Shown piece after piece: positions 9,117-18,700 of a stretch of DNA of 51,364 nt; position 1 is the first letter of the stretch; the number at the start of each line of letters is the position of its first letter. The DNA is taken from positions 1 through 51,364 of the IMG/VR virus record IMGVR_UViG_3300030104_002039, one strand, 5' to 3'. The position numbers were made by a program, and so were the translations under genes. Source of the stretch: a virus. Taxonomy: Duplodnaviria; Caudoviricetes. A model generated the notes under the pieces. The model worked only from the letters and a program-made list of their open reading frames with translations. It searched no databases and was not told the origin of the DNA.

Positions 9117-9319
9117 TATTTTGGTATGCAATTAGGAACTGTTCTTCCGTTTTTCTTTTTATAACCAGCTTGCTTATGCGTTTTCCAACATTTCATTGGT
9201 GACTTCATTTTAAATGGGCCTAATTTTCCTAACATAGATTTAACTGTTTTAGCTTGTCCAGCGTGCATTTTACTAGCTTTTTCTAATTCTTCAGCTACTT
9301 TTTTTAATTTATTTTTCAC
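9116..9319 (-). CDS. Small basic protein with a CWK...VPNC[IV]P motif
   Basis: CWKTHKQAGYKKKNGRTVPNCIPK is a motif recurrent in marine phage small proteins; the ORF overlaps both neighbours. Confidence 0.7.
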   Translation of the reverse strand: MKNKLKKVAEELEKASKMHAGQAKTVKSMLGKLGPFKMKSPMKCWKTHKQAGYKKKNGRTVPNCIPK

Positions 9320-9593
9320 CGCATTTCTTTTTAGGATTATTAACTTGTCTCCAGTCTTCTTTTTGAAACCAATCTCTTAATGTAGCACCTTTTTTACGAG
9401 CGCTTTTTACGTTTGTTTTTGAAGAACGTTTATACTTACCAGCTTTGCCAGATTTTTGTTTAGCACTAACTAAACGTTGCTTTTCTTTTTTACTCATGCT
9501 GGCAATTTTAGCGGCAGGCAAACATGTTTTACGTGTGCCTCCGCCTTTTTGCTTTTTCTTTTTTTTTAAAGGATTGTTCTCCTGAACGTACAT
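9309..9593 (-). CDS. Small basic protein (LRDWFQKEDW motif; DUF5872-like)
   Basis: Lys-rich, with CLPAAK...MSKKEK and TLRDWFQKEDW...KCG. Family name is from recall and unverified. Confidence 0.65.
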   Translation of the reverse strand: MYVQENNPLKKKKKQKGGGTRKTCLPAAKIASMSKKEKQRLVSAKQKSGKAGKYKRSSKTNVKSARKKGATLRDWFQKEDWRQVNNPKKKCGEK

Positions 9594-9595
9594 TA

Positions 9596-9862
9596 CTACT
9601 TCTTTTTCATTTTCATTTTCATAGCTGTAGCTTTTTTCATCATTACGGCTGACTTTTTAAGCATCATAGCTGATTCTTTTTTTAACTTCATTGCAGCTTT
9701 TTTCATTTTAGCCGGAGAATCTAGTATTTTCTTTTTTAAAGCGTCAGGTAAGTTTTTTTGTTTACCAACTAATGCTTTTTTCATTGGAGCTTTTTTCATT
9801 TTAGCAGGAGCTTTTTTCATTTTCATTGCTGCTTTTTTCATTTTTGCGGGTGCTTTTTTCAT
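9596..9862 (-). CDS. Lys/Met/Ala low-complexity, histone H1-like basic protein
   Basis: Repeats MKKAPAK / MKKAAMK; the DNA shows repeated GCTTTTTTCAT units. Confidence 0.75.
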   Translation of the reverse strand: MKKAPAKMKKAAMKMKKAPAKMKKAPMKKALVGKQKNLPDALKKKILDSPAKMKKAAMKLKKESAMMLKKSAVMMKKATAMKMKMKKK

Positions 9863-9863
9863 T

Positions 9864-10391
9864 TTAAATTTTGTTTTTAATATGTTTATACATTTGTTTT
9901 CCTAATTCTGTTCCGTTTTTACTATCGCTTTTATAATGAGCATGTGCTACATTTCTACTGTCAGATATATTTTTAGCTGTTTGCATAAACGCAGAGCTCT
10001 TGCCGTACTTATCTTTTAATACCGATGCTATAAGTATACCTTGTGCAGAATGACCAGATGGATATGACGGAGTGTTCATTGAATCCATTTTAACTGAGCT
10101 TAAGTTTTTATCTAGCTCATACGGTCTTGGTCTATTATGGTATTTCTTTAGTTTTAATATTACAGGTGCAGACTCTTTTATAAGTTTAGAAGCAATATTT
10201 TTGTCATAATCTTTTATACCTTGCTCTTTAGCTGTTTTTTTAAACGCAGCTTCTATATTGTCGTATTTCTTAACAAAACTTTTATTTAGTTTTATTTTTT
10301 TTAAAGTTTTAATTTCTTGAGCAGTGTCAAAGCCACTATCACTAGGTGGTTTCATTTTCTTGAAACTTGATATATCAAAATCTTTAAACAT
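9864..10391 (-). CDS. PAP2 superfamily phosphatase (soluble)
   Basis: All three PAP2 motifs: KKYHNRPRP, PSYPSGHS, SRNVAHAHYKSD; no TM segments. Confidence 0.88.
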   Translation of the reverse strand: MFKDFDISSFKKMKPPSDSGFDTAQEIKTLKKIKLNKSFVKKYDNIEAAFKKTAKEQGIKDYDKNIASKLIKESAPVILKLKKYHNRPRPYELDKNLSSVKMDSMNTPSYPSGHSAQGILIASVLKDKYGKSSAFMQTAKNISDSRNVAHAHYKSDSKNGTELGKQMYKHIKNKI

Positions 10392-10612
10392 TATTTCTTT
10401 TTAAAATCACCTCTAGTACAACGTACGCCCCAGCCAGAAGCATAAGCACTAGGCCATACTTTAAATTTCTTTTTTGCTTGAGCTTTACAACTAGCAGATA
10501 TTTTAGCTAATGCTGGACTTATTTTTTTAAGCATCTTATTTGGATTACCTTTACCTCCATCAGCTTTACTAGCATGTACAGCTTTTCTTTGTGCATCACT
10601 TACGTATCCCAT
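10391..10612 (-). CDS. Small basic protein (YVSDAQRKAVHA and KKKFKVWPSAYASG motifs)
   Basis: Lys-rich, with two short motifs recurrent in marine phages; TAATG overlap with the PAP2 gene. Confidence 0.7.
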   Translation of the reverse strand: MGYVSDAQRKAVHASKADGGKGNPNKMLKKISPALAKISASCKAQAKKKFKVWPSAYASGWGVRCTRGDFKKK

Positions 10613-10623
10613 AATTATTTATT

Positions 10624-10998
10624 TTAACATTTCCAGCGTCTACGCGCTGCTTTACCTCTTTCTCCAGTCCAACCTTTTGATCTAGCACAGAAAGACTTTC
10701 TTCTTTTTGCGGCTTTACTACCTGGTTTAACTTTTCCCGTTACAGCTGTTTTAAGCTTACTTCCAGGGTTTTTACGTCTATAAGTTTCAACTCCCTTAGA
10801 AGTCATCCCAGCACCCTCTTCTACTGTTCTAAAGTTACGACCTTTTCCTTTTGTAGTTTTTCTAGGTTCATTGCTTTTTTGTAATGGTGAACCATCATTT
10901 CTTCTTCGGCCACAACTAGTAACAGCAAAAGGGTTACCTTCTTGAACGTATCCTTTAGTTTTTTTAAACATACTGTTTTGTTTTTTGCTTCCAGGCAT
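10624..10998 (-). CDS. Small basic protein (DUF6321-like)
   Basis: GMTSKGVETYRRKNPGSKLKTAVTG...RRKSFCARS...RRRWKC. Family name is from recall and unverified. Confidence 0.7.
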   Translation of the reverse strand: MPGSKKQNSMFKKTKGYVQEGNPFAVTSCGRRRNDGSPLQKSNEPRKTTKGKGRNFRTVEEGAGMTSKGVETYRRKNPGSKLKTAVTGKVKPGSKAAKRRKSFCARSKGWTGERGKAARRRWKC

Positions 10999-11000
10999 AA

Positions 11001-11336
11001 TTAAAAGTCACTCATTAGTTGATTACTTATTTCTTCTTGCACTTCTTCTTTTGTTGCTGCCATTTTAAAACTAAGATCAGCTTGAAACCTAGCAACCTCT
11101 TCTCCATCTTTAAATATTATAATAGTAGGTACTACAGCTATTTTATGTTTACTTGCGCTAGCAGCATCTGAAGCTATATCCGTGTAGCCTATAGTTTTAC
11201 AATCTTTTAAGCTCATCACCCAATTAACATCATTAGCTTTATTCCAACCAGCGTTAAATTGTACTACTTTTATTTGGCCAAAAGTAATATTAGCTAGCAA
11301 TGTAAATAATACCCAAGTAACGTAAAATTTTTTCAT
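11001..11336 (-). CDS. Exported thioredoxin-fold protein lacking CxxC
   Basis: Signal peptide ending TFG|Q; VVQFNAGWN stands where FxAxWCxxC is expected; cis-Pro motif VVPTIIIFKDGEEVARF. Confidence 0.8.
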   Translation of the reverse strand: MKKFYVTWVLFTLLANITFGQIKVVQFNAGWNKANDVNWVMSLKDCKTIGYTDIASDAASASKHKIAVVPTIIIFKDGEEVARFQADLSFKMAATKEEVQEEISNQLMSDF

Positions 11337-11340
11337 TTAA

Positions 11341-11652
11341 TTATCTATTATATAATTTGTCTTCTATTTTTTCTAATGTTTTTTTTATTTCAGTAACATC
11401 TTCTTGTGTGGTCATAATAGTGTTACGTATCATTTCATCTTTCATTTGAAACTCCATACGTGTAACTTCATCTGGTGGTAGTTTTTCTATCCACTCAGGG
11501 TTCCACTCGTTAGCAGGTAGTTCTTTTGCTTCAGCTATATCTGACTGTAATGTAAACCACATACCAGCTAATGTAGCTATAGCAAAACCTATACCTATTA
11601 ATGTTTTTATACTTAATTTAAAGCTAGTATCTTCGTTTAATTCTTTTGCCAT
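11341..11652 (-). CDS. Single-pass membrane protein with a C-terminal coiled coil
   Basis: TM segment IKTLIGIGFAIATLAGMWF; heptad pattern in VTEIKKTLEKIEDKL. Confidence 0.75.
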   Translation of the reverse strand: MAKELNEDTSFKLSIKTLIGIGFAIATLAGMWFTLQSDIAEAKELPANEWNPEWIEKLPPDEVTRMEFQMKDEMIRNTIMTTQEDVTEIKKTLEKIEDKLYNR

Positions 11653-11653
11653 A

Positions 11654-12754
11654 TTAAAAAATTGTGTAATTTAATCCTAATTTAAAATCGTACCACTCTC
11701 TATTCCAGTACTTATTATATTTACCTTCTACAAAATAACCTAGCTGTTTGTTTACTTTTATGCCGTATATTAAACCACCTGAATAATCATACCATTGCCC
11801 ATCAACGTAGTTGTGATATGAAAACTCACTACCATCATCATAGTGATATGGCATTAAACTACCCCAAGCATGTAACCATGTGTTTTTAGAATATTTATAA
11901 TAATCAAAACCAACAACTAAAGAATGTTGTATTGTTTTCTTTAATTCATTTCTTTTTTTTTGTGTGTAATCCGATAACACTTCTGGAACAACTACAGCCT
12001 CCCAAACCTCGGCACTAGTAGCAACTAGTTCTCCAGCTGGATTGTAATACTCGCTGCTATACACATCTACCGTGTAACCTTCTTGTAATGCTAAATAAGT
12101 ATAGTGAATATTACCGTTGTCAAGCATCCACTCATCTAAAGCATTGTAACCATATGGTTCTGCAAGTCTATGTGTTAAGCCAATATTCCAAGACAAGTTA
12201 GCGTTTTTACGATGTCTATATCTTTCTGATGCTTCAAAATATTTAATATCAGCAAAACCATCTTCAAGATACTCTAGTTTTAAAGCAAAAAAGTTTACAC
12301 ATAACTCATCAGGACAACCATCATCGGAGCTAAACCTAACAAAATGATGTTGATCCATATAATCAACACCTTCTTGTCTTTTGTAATCAACTTCAAATAA
12401 ATATTCAACTCCTCTAACTTTACCTACAGTGGCCGCATCACTATAGTTAGACTCCGTTCCGTCATAAAAAGTTTGAGCTTTATTTTCATATCCAAATCTT
12501 GCTATCTTACGTAAACCTATGGTAAAATTATAATCATAAGGAGTTGAAACAGTTTGTGTAGATAAACCATTGTCTACTGAAAATACATCAACGTCAGACA
12601 ATGATGTACCGCCATTAACGGCTGCATAAAAAGTAGAATACTTTAACATATCTTTAAAGTCTTCTATGCCAAGCTTTTGAGCGCAACATTTTTTAGACGT
12701 TGTACACGCTATTAAAACTGTTGTTAATATTATTATTATTAGTTTTTTCACCAT
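11654..12754 (-). CDS. Predicted outer-membrane beta-barrel protein
   Basis: N-terminal signal (LIAC lipobox-like, or CCA|Q), many amphipathic strands, C-terminal FKLGLNYTIF beta-signal. Confidence 0.75.
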   Translation of the reverse strand: MVKKLIIIILTTVLIACTTSKKCCAQKLGIEDFKDMLKYSTFYAAVNGGTSLSDVDVFSVDNGLSTQTVSTPYDYNFTIGLRKIARFGYENKAQTFYDGTESNYSDAATVGKVRGVEYLFEVDYKRQEGVDYMDQHHFVRFSSDDGCPDELCVNFFALKLEYLEDGFADIKYFEASERYRHRKNANLSWNIGLTHRLAEPYGYNALDEWMLDNGNIHYTYLALQEGYTVDVYSSEYYNPAGELVATSAEVWEAVVVPEVLSDYTQKKRNELKKTIQHSLVVGFDYYKYSKNTWLHAWGSLMPYHYDDGSEFSYHNYVDGQWYDYSGGLIYGIKVNKQLGYFVEGKYNKYWNREWYDFKLGLNYTIF

Positions 12755-12759
12755 TTTTA

Positions 12760-12778
12760 TATAGTCACTTATTTTTTT
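12760..12778 (-). promoter_or_regulatory. Candidate phage late promoter (A-tract + GTGACTATA)
   Basis: The minus strand reads AAAAAAATAAGTGACTATA just before ATG 12754; a similar motif lies at 25871-25886. Confidence 0.45.
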
Positions 12779-12787
12779 AATTCTTTA

Positions 12788-15700
12788 CTATCTTTGTATA
12801 ATAACTCTCTTTTTTTTGCTATCCTTTTTAGATTGTTTTTCTTTGTCTTTTTTCTTGTTTTCTTTTTCTTGCTCTTTTAATTTCTTTTTTCTTCTTTTTA
12901 TTTCTTCTTTTGTTTGAAGTAAATCTTGATCTTTAATGCCAAGATCCCAAGTATTCCAACCTAAAAGTAAAGCTATTCTCTGCCAAGTTTCATTATTAGA
13001 ATCCAAAACATTATCTATGTTTAACATTTTGTTAGATATTCTACCAAGAGGCAAATTAGTAACACCTTCTACAACGTTTCCAATAGCGCTCCAAGTTGGG
13101 TTATCTAAAGTAAAACCTCTTTCTTTCATTACTTCTCTATTGTATTTTTCAGTTTGTATAGATGAGTATATTTTTCTAAGCTTAGAGCCAATTGGTGGTG
13201 AAAAGCCAATAGCTTGTAGCAACGTATATGTTTGGTCAGCATTCCAACCTTTATCTCTTTGCTTTTGATATTCTCTTACAGTATTTTTTGCAGCACCAAT
13301 GGCTTTACCGCCGTAACCTATACCCGCTAACCAAGAATCAACCATTCCATTAATTATTCTTTCTTTCTTTTTGTCATACTCTTCTTCGTCTTCATCTCCA
13401 ATAACAGCAAACAAAGCAGATTGCATAGCGCCAAATATTATACTTTGAATAACGCCGTAGTATATTATTTTAGACATATGCGTTTTGTAATCACCTCTAC
13501 GATTTGTAATATCCCTAGCTGCTTTGTTCATTATTCTAGCATATTGCATTGGTGTGTTTTGAAAAGATAATATTAACCTACCAAGTGGAGAGGCTTGTTG
13601 TTGTGATATCATATCAGGCCTTGCTGATTGCTGTGATACTTCTGTAGCTTCTTGAAAATCTAAAAATGCTTTTAACTCAGCGTCTGCTTTTGACATACCT
13701 TGTTTTACATATGAATTAACTCTATTTCTATAAAAACTAGCACCACCAGAAGCAATAGCAAAACTATCCGCAATTTGCGTAGGTAAAAAACCTTTTTTAA
13801 GTAACCAACGTATTACCGCTTTACTTTGCTCATAAGCACCAACGCCTTTTACAGCTTGTGATAATTCAGCTTCATTTATACCTCTTTTGTTACCAGATCT
13901 TCTTTGTTTTAAGAAGTCAGAATTAAATAGCATTGTAAAATCAGACCAAAATTGTTTTTGATTAGCAAAAGCCATACCTGCTTTAAGTGGGTTGTTGTCG
14001 CTCCAATTAATATAGTTAGTAGCAGATATAGTTTGTAGTATTGCAGATCTCATATTAAAGAACATAATAGCACCAACAGAACCGTTAACCCAATTCATAT
14101 ACTCATTCATTATTCTACTATTACCAGTAGGTCTATTTCTACCGTTTTTCATACGATAGATTACATCTTCTAAAGCTTCTCTAAACTTACTACCGTATAT
14201 TGCCTCTATTTTATTTAAGTTTTCTTTAGAGAATATAACATCTACATTTGCTTGCCACTCTTGTAATACTTCCGCTCTACCAGTATCTACAGATTGTTCG
14301 CTTAATAAATCAGAATTAATATTTTCCACAAACCAATATTCACCAGGTTTTGTATAACCCTCTTTCTTTTTAGATATTAAACTTATAGTTTCAGCAAAAG
14401 ATTGTAATTCAGTGTCATTTTTAATAATACCATCTAAAGTTTCTATATTTTTCTTTGATAAACCTGGTATATCAAAACCTGCTTTATTCCACAAGTAAAC
14501 TCTCACGGCTTGGTCATAAGTAAAATCAGTACCAGTTATTTTCTTTTTTAATTTTTTCTTAATTTTAGGTGATTGTTTGAATAAGTTTTTTAAATCATTA
14601 GCTTTAGCTTGTCTAGAACTATTTAACTCGTCTACACCTCTAGCAAAAGGATCAACTAAAGCTTTCTTGAAAAAAGCTAAATCATTTTCACCTTCTTTAC
14701 CCTTGCCTAAAAAGTTGTATAATAATCCCATGAAATCTTGAGCAGATGCTGGTATTATAGATTTATACTTTGTTTTTCTACCGGCCAACTTAGCTTCAAC
14801 ATTGTCAAACTGTTTTTCAGAATCAATACCTGTTACTCTTTCTAATATATCATTAAAGTTTTTACTCATACCCTTGCTAAACTTAGTTTTAGCTTGCTGA
14901 ACCTTAGACTTAACGTCAAATTGTTCTAACATGTTAGCTACAGCTTGTACATTTTGTAAGGCATCATCAGCAAAATAAAAGTCATTGTAGCCCTCACCAA
15001 CTTTTTCAGCCATCCAAAGAGCTTTAGCCTCAGCGGTAGAGTTAGCTAAACCAGTAATGTTTTTTAAAGGTATGTTTAATCCATTAGCTTTTAAGAAAGT
15101 GTGTATTGCTAAAGCTGATTCTTCTGGTCTAGCTGTTAATACAAACATGTCTTTATTACCAAACTTACTTTGTAGTTTTAAAGCTTTATTAAACAACGGC
15201 GCTGTCTTACCTTTTACTACCTTTGTGAATTCAGAAAAATCAAACTCATACCCTTGTCCTAATAGGTCTTCGTAAGTTCTAGCGTATTCCTCAGCGTTCA
15301 ACTTACCTTTAGTGCCATCTGGCCTTGTAAATCTAATTCTAGACTTAGTAGTAGCTAATGTATCATCAAAATCTAAAACAGTAATTCCTTTTGTTTTGGC
15401 TTTAGGGTTACGAGATTGTTTAGTAGCCATATCCATAGTCATTCCTATTTCAGTAGAATTCAACAGTGATTTATTTATCTTGCTTACGAAAGCGTCCATA
15501 TTAGCTTTGTTAGCTAAGTTAAACGATGATTTAGTGGGAAAGTTTGTCTTAGATTTAGAGTCTATAATAGGTTCTATTCTAATTGTAGTTGCATAAGTAT
15601 TACCTTTTGTTGATCTTGGTTTGGAACCAACGTTCATTCTTGATATTAATTCAAAAGTTCCAGTTATATCACCATTTGTATCTTCACCTAACCTAGGTAT

Positions 15701-18700
15701 ACCAAGTTCGTTTGCTATTCTAACGACCATAGCGTTAACGTTAGGATTGCTACCTAACATGTAATATGCTCCAGCCTCGCCAATATTAATGAAATACTCA
15801 GGTATTGCTTTGTTAGTATAATGATACTCTAAATATGCAGCTGTAACAGATTCACTGTGAATAAACATGTTCTTATGTATCATTAAATCTTTACGTTGAC
15901 TAGCATCTACACCTTTTTTGAAATCCATACCAATAAACCTAGGATCATTCATTGTTTCTAAAATCTTTTTCTTAAGGTTGTTTTGTGCTGTTGTATTTGT
16001 TGGGTTTGGATTTGTAGTTGGTCCCTCCCATTTCCAAGTAACAGAAACCGCTCTTGCTGAATCCATTTTTATTTCAAGACCCATAGAAACACCATTGGTA
16101 GTTGTAAAATGAACATCTGGTATACCTCCCTCTCTAACGTATGGGTTTACTACTACAGTTTTTATACCCTTAACTTTAAGTTTTTTTACTGCATTCTCGG
16201 CTAGTTCAATAAAAAATTGCTCGTATATAGTACTAACTTTTAACTTTTTTCTTCCTTTTAATTTGTTTTTAATAAATTTTACTATAGTTTTATTATCTAC
16301 TCTTTCCATACCTCTGTTAACATAAGCATCAACAGTAACGTCTACTATAAATTTACCACCATACTTGTTAGCATCTTTTTCTGACAAGTTTCTATAATAA
16401 TTAATTTTACCTTGATCGTTAAACTCATTATTGTAGTTCCATAAATCATTTAATACTTTTTGTGCACCACTAAAATCTACATAAACTTTATCACCTACTA
16501 TTTTAATAGATCTATTTTTATATGTTACCTTAATATCTTTTCTTCCTTCACTAAATTTAACATTAGGATCTCTTTGTATTGTTCTCGCTAAATTATCTAA
16601 GTCGTTTTGTAATATTTCAACATTGTTTAGTTCAGCTATCTCTTGTCGTTTTTGAACCACGTCAGGTTCTTGAGCTACTTGTAAAATAGCATCGTATGCC
16701 AAAGCACCAGCTATATTTCTAGCTAAAGTATCTTTTCTAGTTCCACGCTTACCAGATCTTTGACCTGTAACAGGGTTAAACGATGGTATATCAAAATAAG
16801 ATAAAAACTCTGCTTCAGTAGGTATTCTTTTTGTATATAAATTCACAGCTTGGCCTTTACCTATTGTAACTAAAGCGCTTTCAGGTAATAAGTTTTGATT
16901 TACTGCTGCTTCAACATCTTCTATGTTTGTAAGTTTTTTAACAAACTTAGTAAATATTTTTTGATCATCTGGTACGTTTCTTTCTAATTGAACTAAATCA
17001 GAAACAAATAAAGAATTCATTATAGGTACTCTAAACTTTTTTAAATTACTAGTATATTGTTTAGTACCTAATAAGTTTTTAATCTCTTTAAATATATAAC
17101 TATTAGCCTGATCTCTTAGTTTTCTTTGTATGTTTCTTGCTGATGTGCCAGTTTCATATGCTTTTAATAAAGCTTGACGTGCTGCATCTAAAACTTTATT
17201 ATACATTTGATCTCCAGTTTCGATACCAAGTTCTTTTCTAAAATCAGACTCTCTTTGAACTTTGTCTTGCTCTTTTTGAGCTTTTTCTCTAGCTCTTGCA
17301 GCAGGAGATATATCTTTCTCTTCAAACTCTTTCATTCTAGAGTCTTCTTCAGCCGCAACTTGAACTTTTACATCACCTTCTTTTGTTCTATCGTCTACGT
17401 CTTTAGCTCTTTTCTCTTGCTCTGTTTTCTTATATATTTTGTTGTAAACATCACCCGCTCTAAATGTAATTCTACCTTGTAAGTAACCAAATAAACTATC
17501 GTTTTCTTCTGGATTAAAGTTCTTTATATCTTTTGTTAATTCTGACATAACATCACTAACAAAATTAACAGGTACTTTATCCGCTTTATATTTAGCGGCT
17601 ATTAAATTATCTAAATAACCTTTTTCTTTTATTTGTTTTATAATACTGTCTACTTCTGCTTGATAAAGAAACTTACCTACACCTTTTTCTCTAAGATTAT
17701 TACCATCTTGATCTACTTTACCAAGCTTATCAATTTGATTTTTTATGTCAGCTTTTTGTTTAGATGTCATAGATCTTTTAGTAACAAAATCTTCTTCACC
17801 TGTTAAACCTTTTTTCTTTCTAGCTTTAATTCTTCTTTTAGCTAGTTTAGGTGCTTTTGTTTTTCCAGGGCTTTCTTGAAAAGACTTTAAAAAACTACCC
17901 ATATAAACAGCAGCGTCTTTATCTGTTTTTATTTTATAATCTTGAGATAAAACATTTGCCCAACTTTGAGAAAGACCTGTTATACTTTTTAAATCATCTT
18001 TTGATGCGTATCTAGTATCTCCAGCTGGAACCATTTGAAATATCTCTTGAACACTTCTAGTATATTCATCAAAAAACCGCTTAGCAAACTGTTCTTTTGT
18101 TTCTGCCCTTGCTTCTTTTTCTGTGTATTTTTTACCAGTTTTTTCGTTTATTGTTCCTTTTTTCAATATATCATTAACAACATAATCTTCTACGTATTTT
18201 GAAGAGTATTCAGGAGTTCCATCGTTATTTAATCTATAGTTTCCAATATTAGATTGTCTACGTATAGCTTCGTCGTGTATTTTTTTAAAATTATTTTTAA
18301 TATAATTATGTAGCTTTTTATTATAATCAAACAAACCAGCTTCGTCAAAAGCTTTAAAATCTAAAGCATGACTAAACTCGTGAGCTATAGCTGTTGCGGG
18401 TAAAATATTACCAGCCTCTAATTGTTTTCTAGCCGCTGTTTCACTTCTAACTATATAAGTTCCTTTAGCCCCATGATTACCTCTAATAAAAGCATTTGTA
18501 GCACCACTAGCAACACTAACAAACATATCGTTTATATTACGTTTATTTATTTCTTTTGCTTTATCTATTTCAATCTTTTTTTGTTCTTTAGATATATCTC
18601 TTGAGTTTATTTCATCTATATCTCTCTGAAGTGAATCTTCATATGCTTCTTTAATTGCTTTTTTAAGCTCTGTATTGTTTTTTGCTGACTTATAGCTAAT

